Below, in pieces: positions 1 through 9,743 of a stretch of 64,000 bases of DNA. The first letter of the stretch is position 1. The number at the start of each line of letters is the position of its first letter. Under the pieces are notes generated by a model. That model was given only the letters and a program-made list of their open reading frames with translations, did no database searches and was not told where the DNA came from. The stretch lies in assembly GCA_025055015.1 (NCBI GenBank), contig JANWYQ010000055.1, positions 41,371 to 105,370 on the forward strand, in the 5' to 3' direction. This DNA comes from Caldilineales bacterium (GTDB lineage Bacteria > Chloroflexota > Anaerolineae > JAAEKA01). A program made the translations under genes and the position numbers.

Positions 1-7
1 AGCCATC

Positions 8-3000
8 GTGCTCGATCCTTGGGGCCTGGGCGTGTGTGTGGTGCTACCTGAACAACAGCTTCCGGCCGTGCAAAGCCTTGCCGAGTCCTGGTGGGAGATC
101 GAGACGGACGGCACAATAGATAGGATCCCGGTGGACGCCCGCCGAGTGGACATGGACCTGAAGACCCGCCTCGCTTGTGGATTGCTGCGCAAGCCGGCGC
201 CCGAGTACAAGGTCCGGTTTTATCGTCGGGTCGGGCAAGCCGCCAGTGAATTGGTACGGGAGTGGGCGTACCGGGGCGTGGGTGCTACGCAGTCCTTCCT
301 GGCCTTCGATCCCCAGACCGGCGGCCTAATTCCACAGCCCAGGCACCTACCAGCGCGTTTGCTGTGGATCCTGTGTCCGCCGGATGGCATGGTGCAGTCC
401 GATCCGCCTGTTCCATCGTTGATCCGAGAAAAACTGCCGTCATTGCCTTGGGACTGGCATGCATGGCGCGGTTACGCACTCGACTTGCGAGGCGTGAGTA
501 CTCTCACGATACGGTCCAGCCTTGGCCAGACCTTAATCTCCGTGGTCGAAGCCCAGGCCGAGCCGACCGTTGAGCTGGTAAATGCTAAACAACTCGACTT
601 GCTAGAAGACCCGGTACCGGTTTTTGTGGGTACCCCGCCGAAGCTGCGGATTCGCGCCGCTGAAGGGGGTGCTTCGGAAGTCCGTCTGGCGCGCTGGCGC
701 CTGGAACTCAGTCATGAATGGGAGGCCGACCCAAAGCGTGATATCAGGACGCGCCTTAGCGAGCTGAGCGGTCTGGTCATGCAGCAAGATGGTTACATCG
801 AGCTGCCGCTCTCGCATCCGCAGTTGCTAGGCGCCGAGCCCGTGGGCCAGTACCGCCTTCGACTGCGGGGACCATTCGGCAGCTGCGCTGAACTTCGTTT
901 TCGGATTGTGCCCCATTTGCATGTAATAGGCCACGAAGACGTGTATCTGCCTGCACCGGACAATAGCTCGCCGATGGCACAGTTGCTCTTGGAGACGGAC
1001 GCCCATAGCCGGGTCGAGTTCATGGAGAACCACCCCGAAGCTCAGTTGCAGGAATTGGCATGTGACAGCCGGTCGCGCTGTTACGAGGTTCGGGTTCCCC
1101 CAGACTGCGCTGACGCACCCTTGCGCCTCGTGCACCAAGTGCGGGATGGCCACTCAGCCTACATACCCCTACGCATCCCGATCCGCCGGTTGCGTTGGTC
1201 GGTGATTCTACAGGCGGACTCCATTGCACAACCTGTCTGGAGGAGCAGTCCATCCACTATCTATCTGGCCGAGCTGGACCAGAGCCTGTCCCCCTATCTT
1301 TTTCTTGAGTTACCGGTTGTCGCAGGCAGCGACTTATCGGTGGAGCTACGTTTTCTCGGGGTGGACGACGAAGTTATTACGGAACTGAGTTCGCCGCGGC
1401 CATCTCGCCCCGCCCGTTTGCGACGATTCGATCTGCGATCGGTGCGCGATGCGTTACGCATGTCCTCATCCCCTGCGATTCGTGTCGATCTACACATCAA
1501 CGGCCTGCCCGTGCGCGATCCATTGACGTTGACGATCTTGACCATCCGGCGGAGTATCGCCGTGGAGTGGGCTGACGTTGTATTGCTTAAAAGCGATGGC
1601 AAACAGTCTGTTGAAGTTGCCTGGGAGCCGGAGATCTCGCTGCGTTGGCGCCAGGTTCGACTGTGGAGCCTGACCCGTCCCTGGACAGAGCCGATCACCG
1701 TGCCGATCCCCGATTCAGCGCGGGGCAAGCACACCTTCCCGCTCGAGGCCGATGCCCTGCCGCCCGGCCGCTATCTGATCGAGTTCTCGGTGAGCGATCC
1801 CTGGCTACCCGAGACTGCTCCAACCCGCCCACAGAGTGATGCGCCTAATGTGAAGTCTGTCGTGATCGGTTCTTTGGAGGAGCGTCTGGCAGAATTGGAG
1901 GCGGCGCGTCGGCAAGGGAAAGAGGTGTTTTCGTGTGCCTGTGAAAGCGCATTTTTATGGAAAGAATTGGGACGCGTTGATCGAGCGGAAGAGAGTTTGG
2001 AACACTGTTGGCAGAGCCGACGCTTGGCATCGTTGTCACAGCTTCTGACGCTAGCACAACAGTTCCGAGACCTACCCACCGGTCGGGCCTTTGGGCTTAG
2101 GCTTTATACTGGTGAACAGCTCCGAGAAGTGATAACGACTGCTCGGCACAAGGGCTTGTCACACTCAGTGCTTGGCGCTTACTTGAACGGTTTGCCTCCG
2201 CTGAGAAGACTGACGCCGGACGCACTGGAGGCATTGTTAGATGCTCCCGATGAGCGCTTGCGAACAGCAGCTGCAAGCCATTTGATTGAGGAAGGCTATG
2301 CCAGGGCTGTTCAGGCAGTACTGGAATGGGAGGCGTCCGGCAGGCTTTCCCGGCGCGACCTAGACGATCTGTTGAGCCGGAATTTGTCGCTTGCTGTCAA
2401 CTATCTCGCGAACAATCTACCTCCCGAAGAGCTCTTGCGCCTTCTAGACACGTCGGACAGAGCCGACGTCCGTCTAGCTCTAGCAGCAGAAATGACAAAG
2501 CGAGGACGTGTTGAGGGTGTTTTGGCGATAGCTCATCTTTACGCTAACAGAGCTATTTCAGCGGATCAAGCACTGGCAGCGATTCAACCTAGTGTACACT
2601 TTGCGGTGCGTTGTCTACATGAACACAAACCAGGTAGGGGTACCAGACGTCTACTCGATGCAATTCTGGACGCCTATCCGAAGGCCCTTCCAGTGGTGGA
2701 ACCTGGCGTATGGATGAAGTGCAACCTTGGTTGGGCTCGAATTGACTCCATTCAGAGCGCTCATGGCGAGATCATACCGTGGTTCTCCACCCATGAGGTG
2801 CCGAAAGGTGCTAGATTCTCCGTGACCTTTCATCCAGATACTGAGGCGATCTGCGCAGCCATAGACACACAACACAGACAGGTGTTCTTTCAAGGGCTCA
2901 GCACGGTCTACCTATGCAGAAAATGCAATCAGTACATTGCGTCGCGCTATGAGAGGATTACGGGCGAGCACGATAGAAGAGCGCACGGGGGCGTGCAGCC

Positions 3001-3073
3001 ACGGTTTGCAACTCTGTGTGTTCCGGTGCCATTGGTTGGAGGCTTAGAGTTCCGACACAAACCCCCGGCCTAG
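8..3073 (+). CDS. Large hypothetical protein, probably 5'-truncated by the window edge; candidate partner (DruH-like position) of the downstream DUF1998 helicase
   Basis: 1021-aa ORF open from the window start; beta-rich N-terminal part, helical repeat region and C-terminal CxxC..H..H; ends 21 nt before the helicase; visibly lower GC than the rest of the window. Confidence 0.75.
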   Translation: MLDPWGLGVCVVLPEQQLPAVQSLAESWWEIETDGTIDRIPVDARRVDMDLKTRLACGLLRKPAPEYKVRFYRRVGQAASELVREWAYRGVGATQSFLAFDPQTGGLIPQPRHLPARLLWILCPPDGMVQSDPPVPSLIREKLPSLPWDWHAWRGYALDLRGVSTLTIRSSLGQTLISVVEAQAEPTVELVNAKQLDLLEDPVPVFVGTPPKLRIRAAEGGASEVRLARWRLELSHEWEADPKRDIRTRLSELSGLVMQQDGYIELPLSHPQLLGAEPVGQYRLRLRGPFGSCAELRFRIVPHLHVIGHEDVYLPAPDNSSPMAQLLLETDAHSRVEFMENHPEAQLQELACDSRSRCYEVRVPPDCADAPLRLVHQVRDGHSAYIPLRIPIRRLRWSVILQADSIAQPVWRSSPSTIYLAELDQSLSPYLFLELPVVAGSDLSVELRFLGVDDEVITELSSPRPSRPARLRRFDLRSVRDALRMSSSPAIRVDLHINGLPVRDPLTLTILTIRRSIAVEWADVVLLKSDGKQSVEVAWEPEISLRWRQVRLWSLTRPWTEPITVPIPDSARGKHTFPLEADALPPGRYLIEFSVSDPWLPETAPTRPQSDAPNVKSVVIGSLEERLAELEAARRQGKEVFSCACESAFLWKELGRVDRAEESLEHCWQSRRLASLSQLLTLAQQFRDLPTGRAFGLRLYTGEQLREVITTARHKGLSHSVLGAYLNGLPPLRRLTPDALEALLDAPDERLRTAAASHLIEEGYARAVQAVLEWEASGRLSRRDLDDLLSRNLSLAVNYLANNLPPEELLRLLDTSDRADVRLALAAEMTKRGRVEGVLAIAHLYANRAISADQALAAIQPSVHFAVRCLHEHKPGRGTRRLLDAILDAYPKALPVVEPGVWMKCNLGWARIDSIQSAHGEIIPWFSTHEVPKGARFSVTFHPDTEAICAAIDTQHRQVFFQGLSTVYLCRKCNQYIASRYERITGEHDRRAHGGVQPRFATLCVPVPLVGGLEFRHKPPA

Positions 3074-3094
3074 CCTGCGCGCTCGGAGGACATC

Positions 3095-6000
3095 ATGGCT
3101 CGACCTATCCACCCTCTCGATGCAACCCGCAAACTGAGCGAAGACTACGCGCGCTATCTGCGGACGATCTACTTCTTTCGTGATACCGAGCTACGCGCAC
3201 AGTTCGAAAAGGCATTGGATGCGCCCGACTTCCTAGTGCGCGGGCCGATCCTGGAAGCCGCCCCGCCCTTCCGCTTGGGACGCTCGATTCGTCAACTGAT
3301 CGAGGCCGGCGTGCTGCACCGCGACTTCCGACAGCTCTGTTCCGATGCATTGCCCTATGAGCGACCGCTTTACTTGCACCAGGAGGAGGCCATTGTCAAA
3401 GTGGTGGCGCACGGTCGCAACGTGGTCGTTGCCACCGGCACGGGCAGCGGCAAGACAGAGACCTTCCTGATCCCGATCTTCGATCATCTGCTGCGTCAGC
3501 GAGAGGCGGGCCTCTTGAAACAGCTCGGGGTGCGTGCGTTGCTGCTCTACCCTATGAACGCGCTGGCCAACGACCAGCTCAAGCGCCTGCGCCGACTGCT
3601 GGCCGCTTTCCCCGATATCACCTTCGGCCGTTATACGGGCGAGACACCCGAAGGCCAGCGTCAGGCCGAAGATCTGTTCCGCCGCCAGTTCCCAGCCGAG
3701 CGTCTCTTACCCAACGAGCGGATCAGCCGCGCGACGATGCGGGAAAGCCCGCCACACATCCTGATCACCAACTACGCGATGCTGGAATACCTGCTGCTCA
3801 GGCCCAGGGACAGCGAGTTCTTCGACGGCGAGACGGGGCGTTTCTGGCGCTTTATTGCACTGGACGAGGCGCACATCTACGACGGCGCCACCGGTATCGA
3901 GATCGCCATGCTGTTGCGTCGAGTAAAGGAGCGGGTCGTGCGCAGCGAGCCAGGACGTCTACGCTGCATCGCCACCAGTGCGACGCTGGGCCGCGGTCGC
4001 CAGGACTTCCCCGCGGTCGCAACCTTTGCGCGCGAGCTGTTCGGGGAGCGCTTCGAGTGGGTGGATGATGACCCGGTGCGCCAGGATGTGGTCGAGGGTC
4101 AACGGGAAGAGATGGCGCAGCTCACGGCGCCGTGGGGCGAAGGTTCGGGTGAGCTATATGCTGCGCTTGCGCAAGCAGTTGTGGCCGAGCAATCGCCGGC
4201 CGACCTAGCCTCTGCCGCTTTGCAAGCCGGTTTGCCCGGCGAGGTTGTTCAGGAGGCGGCCCATGCCGCAGCCCAGGCCAAGTCTCACGCTGCGTCTCCT
4301 GCTGAGCAATGGACGGCGGGGATCAATGCTTTCCTGTATGCGGCGTTACGCGGGGACGGCCGGTTACATCGGCTGCGCGCGGCGCTGCGAGAACCTCAGG
4401 ACCTCCGCAAGTTGGCCGGCAAGTTAGGCGCCGACGGGACGGATGCCGAGCCGCTGATCAACCTGGTGCAGCTGGCAGTGCGTGCCCGATCTGCGCCCGA
4501 CGCGATGTCGCTCCTACCAGCCCGTTACCATGTATTCGTCCGAGCGCTGGAGGGCGCGTTCGTGTGCCTGAACCGCCACCATTCCGCTCATGCGGAGGAA
4601 GGCAAGCCGCGCTTCTTTCTGACGCGTTTCGACAACTGCCCGCATTGTCAGCAGCGCGTCTTCGAGCTGGCCACCTGCCCGCGCTGCGGCGCTGCCTACA
4701 TCGTCGGCCGCGAAGAGACAGCGCGTCTGGCCGGCGGGGGCACAGTGCGCCTCTTGCTCCACCCTCATCCGGCCAGCGCAGAGACGGACGGCGGACATGC
4801 CTACTTCGTCTTGAATGGCGATGCGCTGCAACCGGACGAAGATGAGGCCGTCGTGACCCAGGCGGCGGTAGAGCTGCTGGGGACTGAACGGCTGGAGCCC
4901 TACACGCTCTGTCTGGGCTGCGGAGCCGTCTCGCCGGCCGAAGGCGGCGGGCCCCGGTGCATCTGCCGGCCGACGACGCCAAGGATCTCCTTGCGCAAGG
5001 TGGCGGTTGAGGAGCCGACCACGGCCGACGGCGCCACAGCCGCGCGCCGCTCCCGCCGTGAGGCCGGCATCCTGAGCTACTGCATCGGCTGTGGCGCGCG
5101 CAACCCCAATGGCGTCGTTTACCGGTTTCTCACCGGCCAGGATGCGCCGGTGAGTGTACTGGCGACGTCGCTCTATCAGGTGTTGCCGCCCGACCGGGGC
5201 GCGGACGCTGCGAAGCTGCCGGGACATGGCCGTAAGCTGTTGGTGTTCGCCGACAGCAGGCAGGACGCAGCCTTCTTTGCGCCCTACCTGGAACGCACCT
5301 ATCAGCAGATCTTGCGTCGGCGCCTGATCCTGAAGATCCTTGCGGAGGACCCGGAGGGTCGGAAAGGCCGGCTGCGGCTGGACGACCTGGCAGGCCGTCT
5401 GTTGCGCCAGGCCGAGGATGCAGCCCTGTTCACCGTCGAGCAGAGCTACGATGAGCGCCTGACCCTGGCGCGGCAGTGGCTGGCGCAGGAGTTTGTGGCC
5501 CTGGACTACCGTATTGGCCTGGAGGGCTTAGGCTTGCTGAGCTATCGGCTGGTACCGCCCGAGCTTTGGGAGCCGCCGCCGGTCCTGCTAGCGTCGCCAT
5601 GGAACCTAGGCCGGGAAGAGGCCTGGAACCTGCTAGTGCTACTGCTCAACACACTGCGTCAGCAGGGTGCAGTCACCTTCCCGCCCAACGTGGACGTGCG
5701 CGATCGAGAAGCGTTCGGGCCGCGCAACGTGGAGCTGTTTGTAGGCGAGGTGGCCGATGAGAGGCACGGTGTGTTGGGCTGGGCCCCCCGTCGAGGCAGC
5801 AACCGTCGCCTTGATTTTCTGACGCGCTTGTTACAGCGTCGTAACGGCCTGTCGGCGAAAGAGGCCCAGGCGATCGCTCAAAGGGCGCTTCAGGGGCTTT
5901 GGACCTACCTGACCAGCCCCAACTCGTGCTGGCGCAATCACCTGGTCGCCGAGTCCCGACCCCAGGTTGGCGTCGCCTGGCGCCTGAACTACCGCTTCTG

Positions 6001-8083
6001 GGAATGGGTCCCTGTGGAGGGAGCGGGTGTCCCCGTACACCGTTGCGACCACTGCGCCAACGTTTCTTATATCAACCTGGACGACCTATGTCCGCTCTAC
6101 GGTTGCAATGGCCGCCTGGTACCCATGGCTGCTGGGGACACAGCGTGGGATGACAACCATTACCGACACCTGTACCGTACCTTGGAGCCGATCTCGGTTG
6201 TAGCAGAGGAACACACGGCCCAGTGGAAGCCAGACGAGGCAGGTCGCGTGCAGGATCGCTTCATCCGCGGGCAGATCAACGTGCTCAGCTGCTCGACCAC
6301 CTTCGAGCTGGGCGTGGACGTGGGCGACCTGCAGGCGGTGCTGATGCGCAACGTACCCCCGACTACCGCCAACTACATCCAGCGGGCTGGCCGCGCAGGG
6401 CGACGAACGGACTCGGTCGCCTTCGTGCTCACCTACGCGCAGCGTCGCTCCCACGACCTCACCCATTTCAACAAACCGGAGAAGATGGTGGCCGGCCGTA
6501 TCCTGCCGCCGGCAGTGGCCGTCAGCAACGAGAAGATCGTGCGCCGCCATGTCCACTCGGTCTTCCTAGCGGCTTTCTTCCGTTGGGCGAAGGATCAGCA
6601 CCGAAGGGAATTTGGCTCGGCAGGCGCTTTCTTTGCACCGGAAGACGAAGGGCCTTCGGGCCTCGACTTGCTCGCCGAGTATATCCGCCTACGGCCCGCT
6701 TCGCTGCCGGAAGCGCTGCTACGGATCGTGCCCCAAGATTTGCACGATGTCCTCGATATCGGCCGCTGGGGGTGGTTACCGAGCCTTACCAACGACACGG
6801 GAACGGGCATCCTCGATCGGGCCGCTCAGGAAGTGAACAACGATCTAGCTCTGTACGCCCAACTCGAGCAAGAGGCCGTGCGTCAGCGGCGCTACAACCA
6901 AGCCGAACACTTCCAGCGCGTGGCAAAGACCGTGCGCGACCGGGAGTTGCTCGGCTTTCTGGGCAGCCGCAACGTCCTGCCCGCCTACGGCTTCCCCAGC
7001 GATGTCGTCGAACTGCGCACGGGCCACATCCCCTCGATCCCGGAAGCGCGCAGGATCGAGCTCCAGCGCGACCTGAAGATCGCCATCGCCGAATACGCGC
7101 CCGGCGGCGAGGTGGTGGCGGCCAAGCGCATCTGGACCAGCGGTGGCCTCTACCGGATGCCAGGCCGCGATTGGCAACCCATCCACTATGCCGTCTGCCC
7201 CGATTGTGGCCGCTTTCATCGCGGCGCGCAGGAGATCGAGGGGCCGTGCGTGATATGCGGCGCAAGCCTGCGCAGTTGGCGTAGTCCGCACGGTCAGTTC
7301 ATCAGCCCCGAGTTCGGCTTCGTTGCGGCTCGCGAGCCGCGCAAAACCGGCGAGAACCGGCCGCAGCGGCTTTATGCCTCGCGCGTCTACTTTACCGAAT
7401 ACGCGCCCGAAGGGGACGAGCCGAGTGCGCTGGAACCTGTGCCGGAGCTGTCTGGCCCGGCGATCCGCACAGCCCGGCGCTACTCCCGCTACGGCAAGCT
7501 GGCGGTGGTCAACAGCGGTTTTCTCAACGCCGGTTTTCGCGTCTGCTCGATCTGTGGGTGGGCTGAACCGATGACGCCAAGCCGGCGGCCGCGCTGCAAG
7601 CCGGCCCATCAGAACCCGCGCACCGGCCATGACTGCTCCGGCTCCATTGACACCTACCACCTGGGCCACGAGTTCATCACCGACGTGTTGGAGCTCCGCT
7701 TCAACGGCGCGTTGGCGCCGGCTGGGGACATGAGACTGTGGCTTTCGACCCTCTACGCATTGCTGGAAGGGGCCAGCGAGACGCTGGGCATCCCGCGCGA
7801 CGATCTGGACGGCACGCTTTACCCTTACGAGGGTGGCTTGCCGCCCGCGTTGGTGCTCTTCGACAACGTGCCCGGCGGCGCCGCGCATGTACGGCGGGTG
7901 GCGCAAGCCCTGCCGGCGGTGGTGCAGGCCGCATGGGAACGCGTGGCCGGCTGCGAGTGCGGCGAGGAGACCAGCTGTTATGAGTGCCTGCGCAACTTCT
8001 ACAACCAGTGGTGCCATGACCAGTTAAAGCGAGGTCTGGCACGGGACTTTCTCCGAATGGTTTTGGAAAACGCGACGCGTTGA
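3095..8083 (+). CDS. DEAD/DEAH-box SF2 helicase with C-terminal DUF1998 Zn-binding domain (DruE/MrfA-like)
   Basis: TGTGSGKT, YPMNALANDQ, LDEAH, SAT, FADSRQDAA, STTFELGVD, QRAGRAGR, several CxxC pairs, terminal CECGEETSCYECL; GGAGGA RBS. Confidence 0.9.
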   Translation: MARPIHPLDATRKLSEDYARYLRTIYFFRDTELRAQFEKALDAPDFLVRGPILEAAPPFRLGRSIRQLIEAGVLHRDFRQLCSDALPYERPLYLHQEEAIVKVVAHGRNVVVATGTGSGKTETFLIPIFDHLLRQREAGLLKQLGVRALLLYPMNALANDQLKRLRRLLAAFPDITFGRYTGETPEGQRQAEDLFRRQFPAERLLPNERISRATMRESPPHILITNYAMLEYLLLRPRDSEFFDGETGRFWRFIALDEAHIYDGATGIEIAMLLRRVKERVVRSEPGRLRCIATSATLGRGRQDFPAVATFARELFGERFEWVDDDPVRQDVVEGQREEMAQLTAPWGEGSGELYAALAQAVVAEQSPADLASAALQAGLPGEVVQEAAHAAAQAKSHAASPAEQWTAGINAFLYAALRGDGRLHRLRAALREPQDLRKLAGKLGADGTDAEPLINLVQLAVRARSAPDAMSLLPARYHVFVRALEGAFVCLNRHHSAHAEEGKPRFFLTRFDNCPHCQQRVFELATCPRCGAAYIVGREETARLAGGGTVRLLLHPHPASAETDGGHAYFVLNGDALQPDEDEAVVTQAAVELLGTERLEPYTLCLGCGAVSPAEGGGPRCICRPTTPRISLRKVAVEEPTTADGATAARRSRREAGILSYCIGCGARNPNGVVYRFLTGQDAPVSVLATSLYQVLPPDRGADAAKLPGHGRKLLVFADSRQDAAFFAPYLERTYQQILRRRLILKILAEDPEGRKGRLRLDDLAGRLLRQAEDAALFTVEQSYDERLTLARQWLAQEFVALDYRIGLEGLGLLSYRLVPPELWEPPPVLLASPWNLGREEAWNLLVLLLNTLRQQGAVTFPPNVDVRDREAFGPRNVELFVGEVADERHGVLGWAPRRGSNRRLDFLTRLLQRRNGLSAKEAQAIAQRALQGLWTYLTSPNSCWRNHLVAESRPQVGVAWRLNYRFWEWVPVEGAGVPVHRCDHCANVSYINLDDLCPLYGCNGRLVPMAAGDTAWDDNHYRHLYRTLEPISVVAEEHTAQWKPDEAGRVQDRFIRGQINVLSCSTTFELGVDVGDLQAVLMRNVPPTTANYIQRAGRAGRRTDSVAFVLTYAQRRSHDLTHFNKPEKMVAGRILPPAVAVSNEKIVRRHVHSVFLAAFFRWAKDQHRREFGSAGAFFAPEDEGPSGLDLLAEYIRLRPASLPEALLRIVPQDLHDVLDIGRWGWLPSLTNDTGTGILDRAAQEVNNDLALYAQLEQEAVRQRRYNQAEHFQRVAKTVRDRELLGFLGSRNVLPAYGFPSDVVELRTGHIPSIPEARRIELQRDLKIAIAEYAPGGEVVAAKRIWTSGGLYRMPGRDWQPIHYAVCPDCGRFHRGAQEIEGPCVICGASLRSWRSPHGQFISPEFGFVAAREPRKTGENRPQRLYASRVYFTEYAPEGDEPSALEPVPELSGPAIRTARRYSRYGKLAVVNSGFLNAGFRVCSICGWAEPMTPSRRPRCKPAHQNPRTGHDCSGSIDTYHLGHEFITDVLELRFNGALAPAGDMRLWLSTLYALLEGASETLGIPRDDLDGTLYPYEGGLPPALVLFDNVPGGAAHVRRVAQALPAVVQAAWERVAGCECGEETSCYECLRNFYNQWCHDQLKRGLARDFLRMVLENATR

Positions 8084-8211
8084 TCGCCGGCTGAGGGGGC
8101 CGAGACGCCCCAGGCGGAATGACCAGCGCACGGGTTCGAGCCTGTACAGCTTGCGGTTGTCGTACGAGCCTGATCCGCCACCCCACGCACCGGTAATACC
8201 ACGATACCGCC

Positions 8212-9267
8212 ATGCCGACTACCTCTCCACCCCAACACGAACTCACTACTCCCTCTCCTCTCCTCGATCCCACCGGCCGGCTCGTGCAGGTGGGTTGGGC
8301 CAGGGCGCCGTTGCTGGACTGCAACTTGGAACAGGTCCGCTTCTACCCGCGGTTGTTTCGCTTCTTACAGCGTTTTCGTATCAAGCGCTGGGACTACTAC
8401 GGCGTCACCACTCCGGAGCGCTTCTTCTCCGCAACCCTGGCCGACTTGGGCTACGCCGGACAGGCGTTCGTCTACACTGTGGACTTCACCACCGGCGCCT
8501 ACCACGAGGAGACCATCACCCTTCCCCTGGGACGGGGGATTGTCCTGCCGCGCAACAGCACGGCCGGCGACAGTTACTTCTCCGACGGCAAAACGGCGCT
8601 CCGCTTCGAGGTGCGAGAGGATGAGCGTCGCCTGAGCGTGACCTGGCCCCGCTTCGGCGGCCAACCGCTTAGCGCCGAGATCGTCCTGGCCACGCCGCCT
8701 GCCCACCAGTCCACCGTGGTGGTCATCCCCATCGGACGCCGTCGCTTCTACTACAACCGCAAGATGAACTGCCTCCCGGCGCGCGGCTGGCTGCAGATCG
8801 GCTCGGAGCGCAGCGAGCTCAGTCCGGACACTTGCTTGGGCAACCTGGACTGGGGCCGAGGCGTCTGGGAGTACCGCTCTTTCTGGGTGTGGGCTAGCGC
8901 CTCCGGCTTTCTGCCCGACGGCCGCACCGTAGGGTTGAACCTGGGCTTCGGCTTTGGCGACACGTCGGCGGCCACCGAGAACACCCTGATCCTCAACGGC
9001 CGCATCCACAAGCTGGGGCAGGTGGACTTCTCCTACGACCCGGCCGATTTCCGCCGTGCGTGGCGCATGACGGCCCCGGACGGGCGGCTGGACGTGGAGT
9101 TCGTTCCCTTCGTCGAACGCGTAGCCCGCACTAACCTGCTGGTGATCACCAGCGAGGTACACCAGCTGTTCGGTCGCTACCGCGGCCGGGTCGTCGCCGA
9201 CGACGGAGAGGTCATCCCCCTCATGGGCCTCATCGGCTTCGCCGAGGAGCATCGCGCGCGCTGGTGA
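8212..9267 (+). CDS. DUF2804-family protein
   Basis: KRWDYY, LDWGRGVW, WASASG, GLNLG, EN, HQLFGRY and GFAEEH..RW pattern typical of the family. Confidence 0.7.
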   Translation: MPTTSPPQHELTTPSPLLDPTGRLVQVGWARAPLLDCNLEQVRFYPRLFRFLQRFRIKRWDYYGVTTPERFFSATLADLGYAGQAFVYTVDFTTGAYHEETITLPLGRGIVLPRNSTAGDSYFSDGKTALRFEVREDERRLSVTWPRFGGQPLSAEIVLATPPAHQSTVVVIPIGRRRFYYNRKMNCLPARGWLQIGSERSELSPDTCLGNLDWGRGVWEYRSFWVWASASGFLPDGRTVGLNLGFGFGDTSAATENTLILNGRIHKLGQVDFSYDPADFRRAWRMTAPDGRLDVEFVPFVERVARTNLLVITSEVHQLFGRYRGRVVADDGEVIPLMGLIGFAEEHRARW

Positions 9268-9455
9268 CGAGGGGTGCTGGGCATGTGCGCGCTCGAGGAA
9301 CCACGTGGCGGCTACCGTATGCGTGAACGATGGCCACGCATCCCTGAGCAGCATCTGAAGAAGGTCGGGTCGGGGTTCGAACCGGACGCTAGAGCCAGGC
9401 GGGACGCCCTCTTGATCCGGGGGATGAGGGCACCTTCTCCGGCCGCTTCAGAATC

Positions 9456-9483
9456 TTGACAAATCGGATGTCCAGAATAGAAT
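9456..9483 (+). promoter_or_regulatory. Sigma70-type promoter of the lysine operon
   Basis: TTGACA-N16-TAGAAT. Confidence 0.7.
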
Positions 9484-9514
9484 GCAGGCCACGTTGCAGT
9501 GTAGACGTTTGCCT

Positions 9515-9595
9515 ATGACCTGCGCTTCCATCTTCGCCAAGTCCAAGTCCAAGCAGCCGTCCCAGGCCTGGGATGGCTTGTTGAGCTTGGGCTGA
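9515..9595 (+). CDS. Putative lysine-operon leader peptide MTCASIFAKSKSKQPSQAWDGLLSLG
   Basis: 26-codon ORF with AAG TCC AAG TCC AAG (three Lys codons), overlapping alternative hairpins; no strong SD visible. Confidence 0.65.
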   Translation: MTCASIFAKSKSKQPSQAWDGLLSLG

Positions 9596-9620
9596 GCGCG
9601 GTCCACCCACCCAAGTTTGC

Positions 9621-9661
9621 AAGTCCTGCCAGGCCTGGCGCCTCGGCAGGACTTTTTGTTT
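9621..9661 (+). terminator. Attenuator terminator upstream of lysW
   Basis: AAGTCCTGCC (9621-9630) pairs with GGCAGGACTT (9645-9654), followed by a T-rich tail. Confidence 0.75.
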
Positions 9662-9743
9662 GCCTATACGGCGGCAATGCGGCCCCTCCTCGCCCGCCCG
9701 GCGAGCCAGGGCCGCTTTTTTATCCCCCACCCAGGAGTGCATC

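Noticed and set aside
8125-8150. GGGTTCGAGCC resembling a tRNA T-arm or att site at the island border
   Set aside because: Loop and stem geometry are not canonical; no acceptor stem, CCA or cloverleaf. Similar GGTTCGA hits at about 9373 and 17580 also fail.
9274-9459. 61-aa ORF between the DUF2804 gene and the lys promoter
   Set aside because: No motif or RBS support
9484-9743. Lysine riboswitch or T-box upstream of lysW
   Set aside because: No recognisable L-box architecture or T-box consensus; the leader-peptide model explains the hairpins
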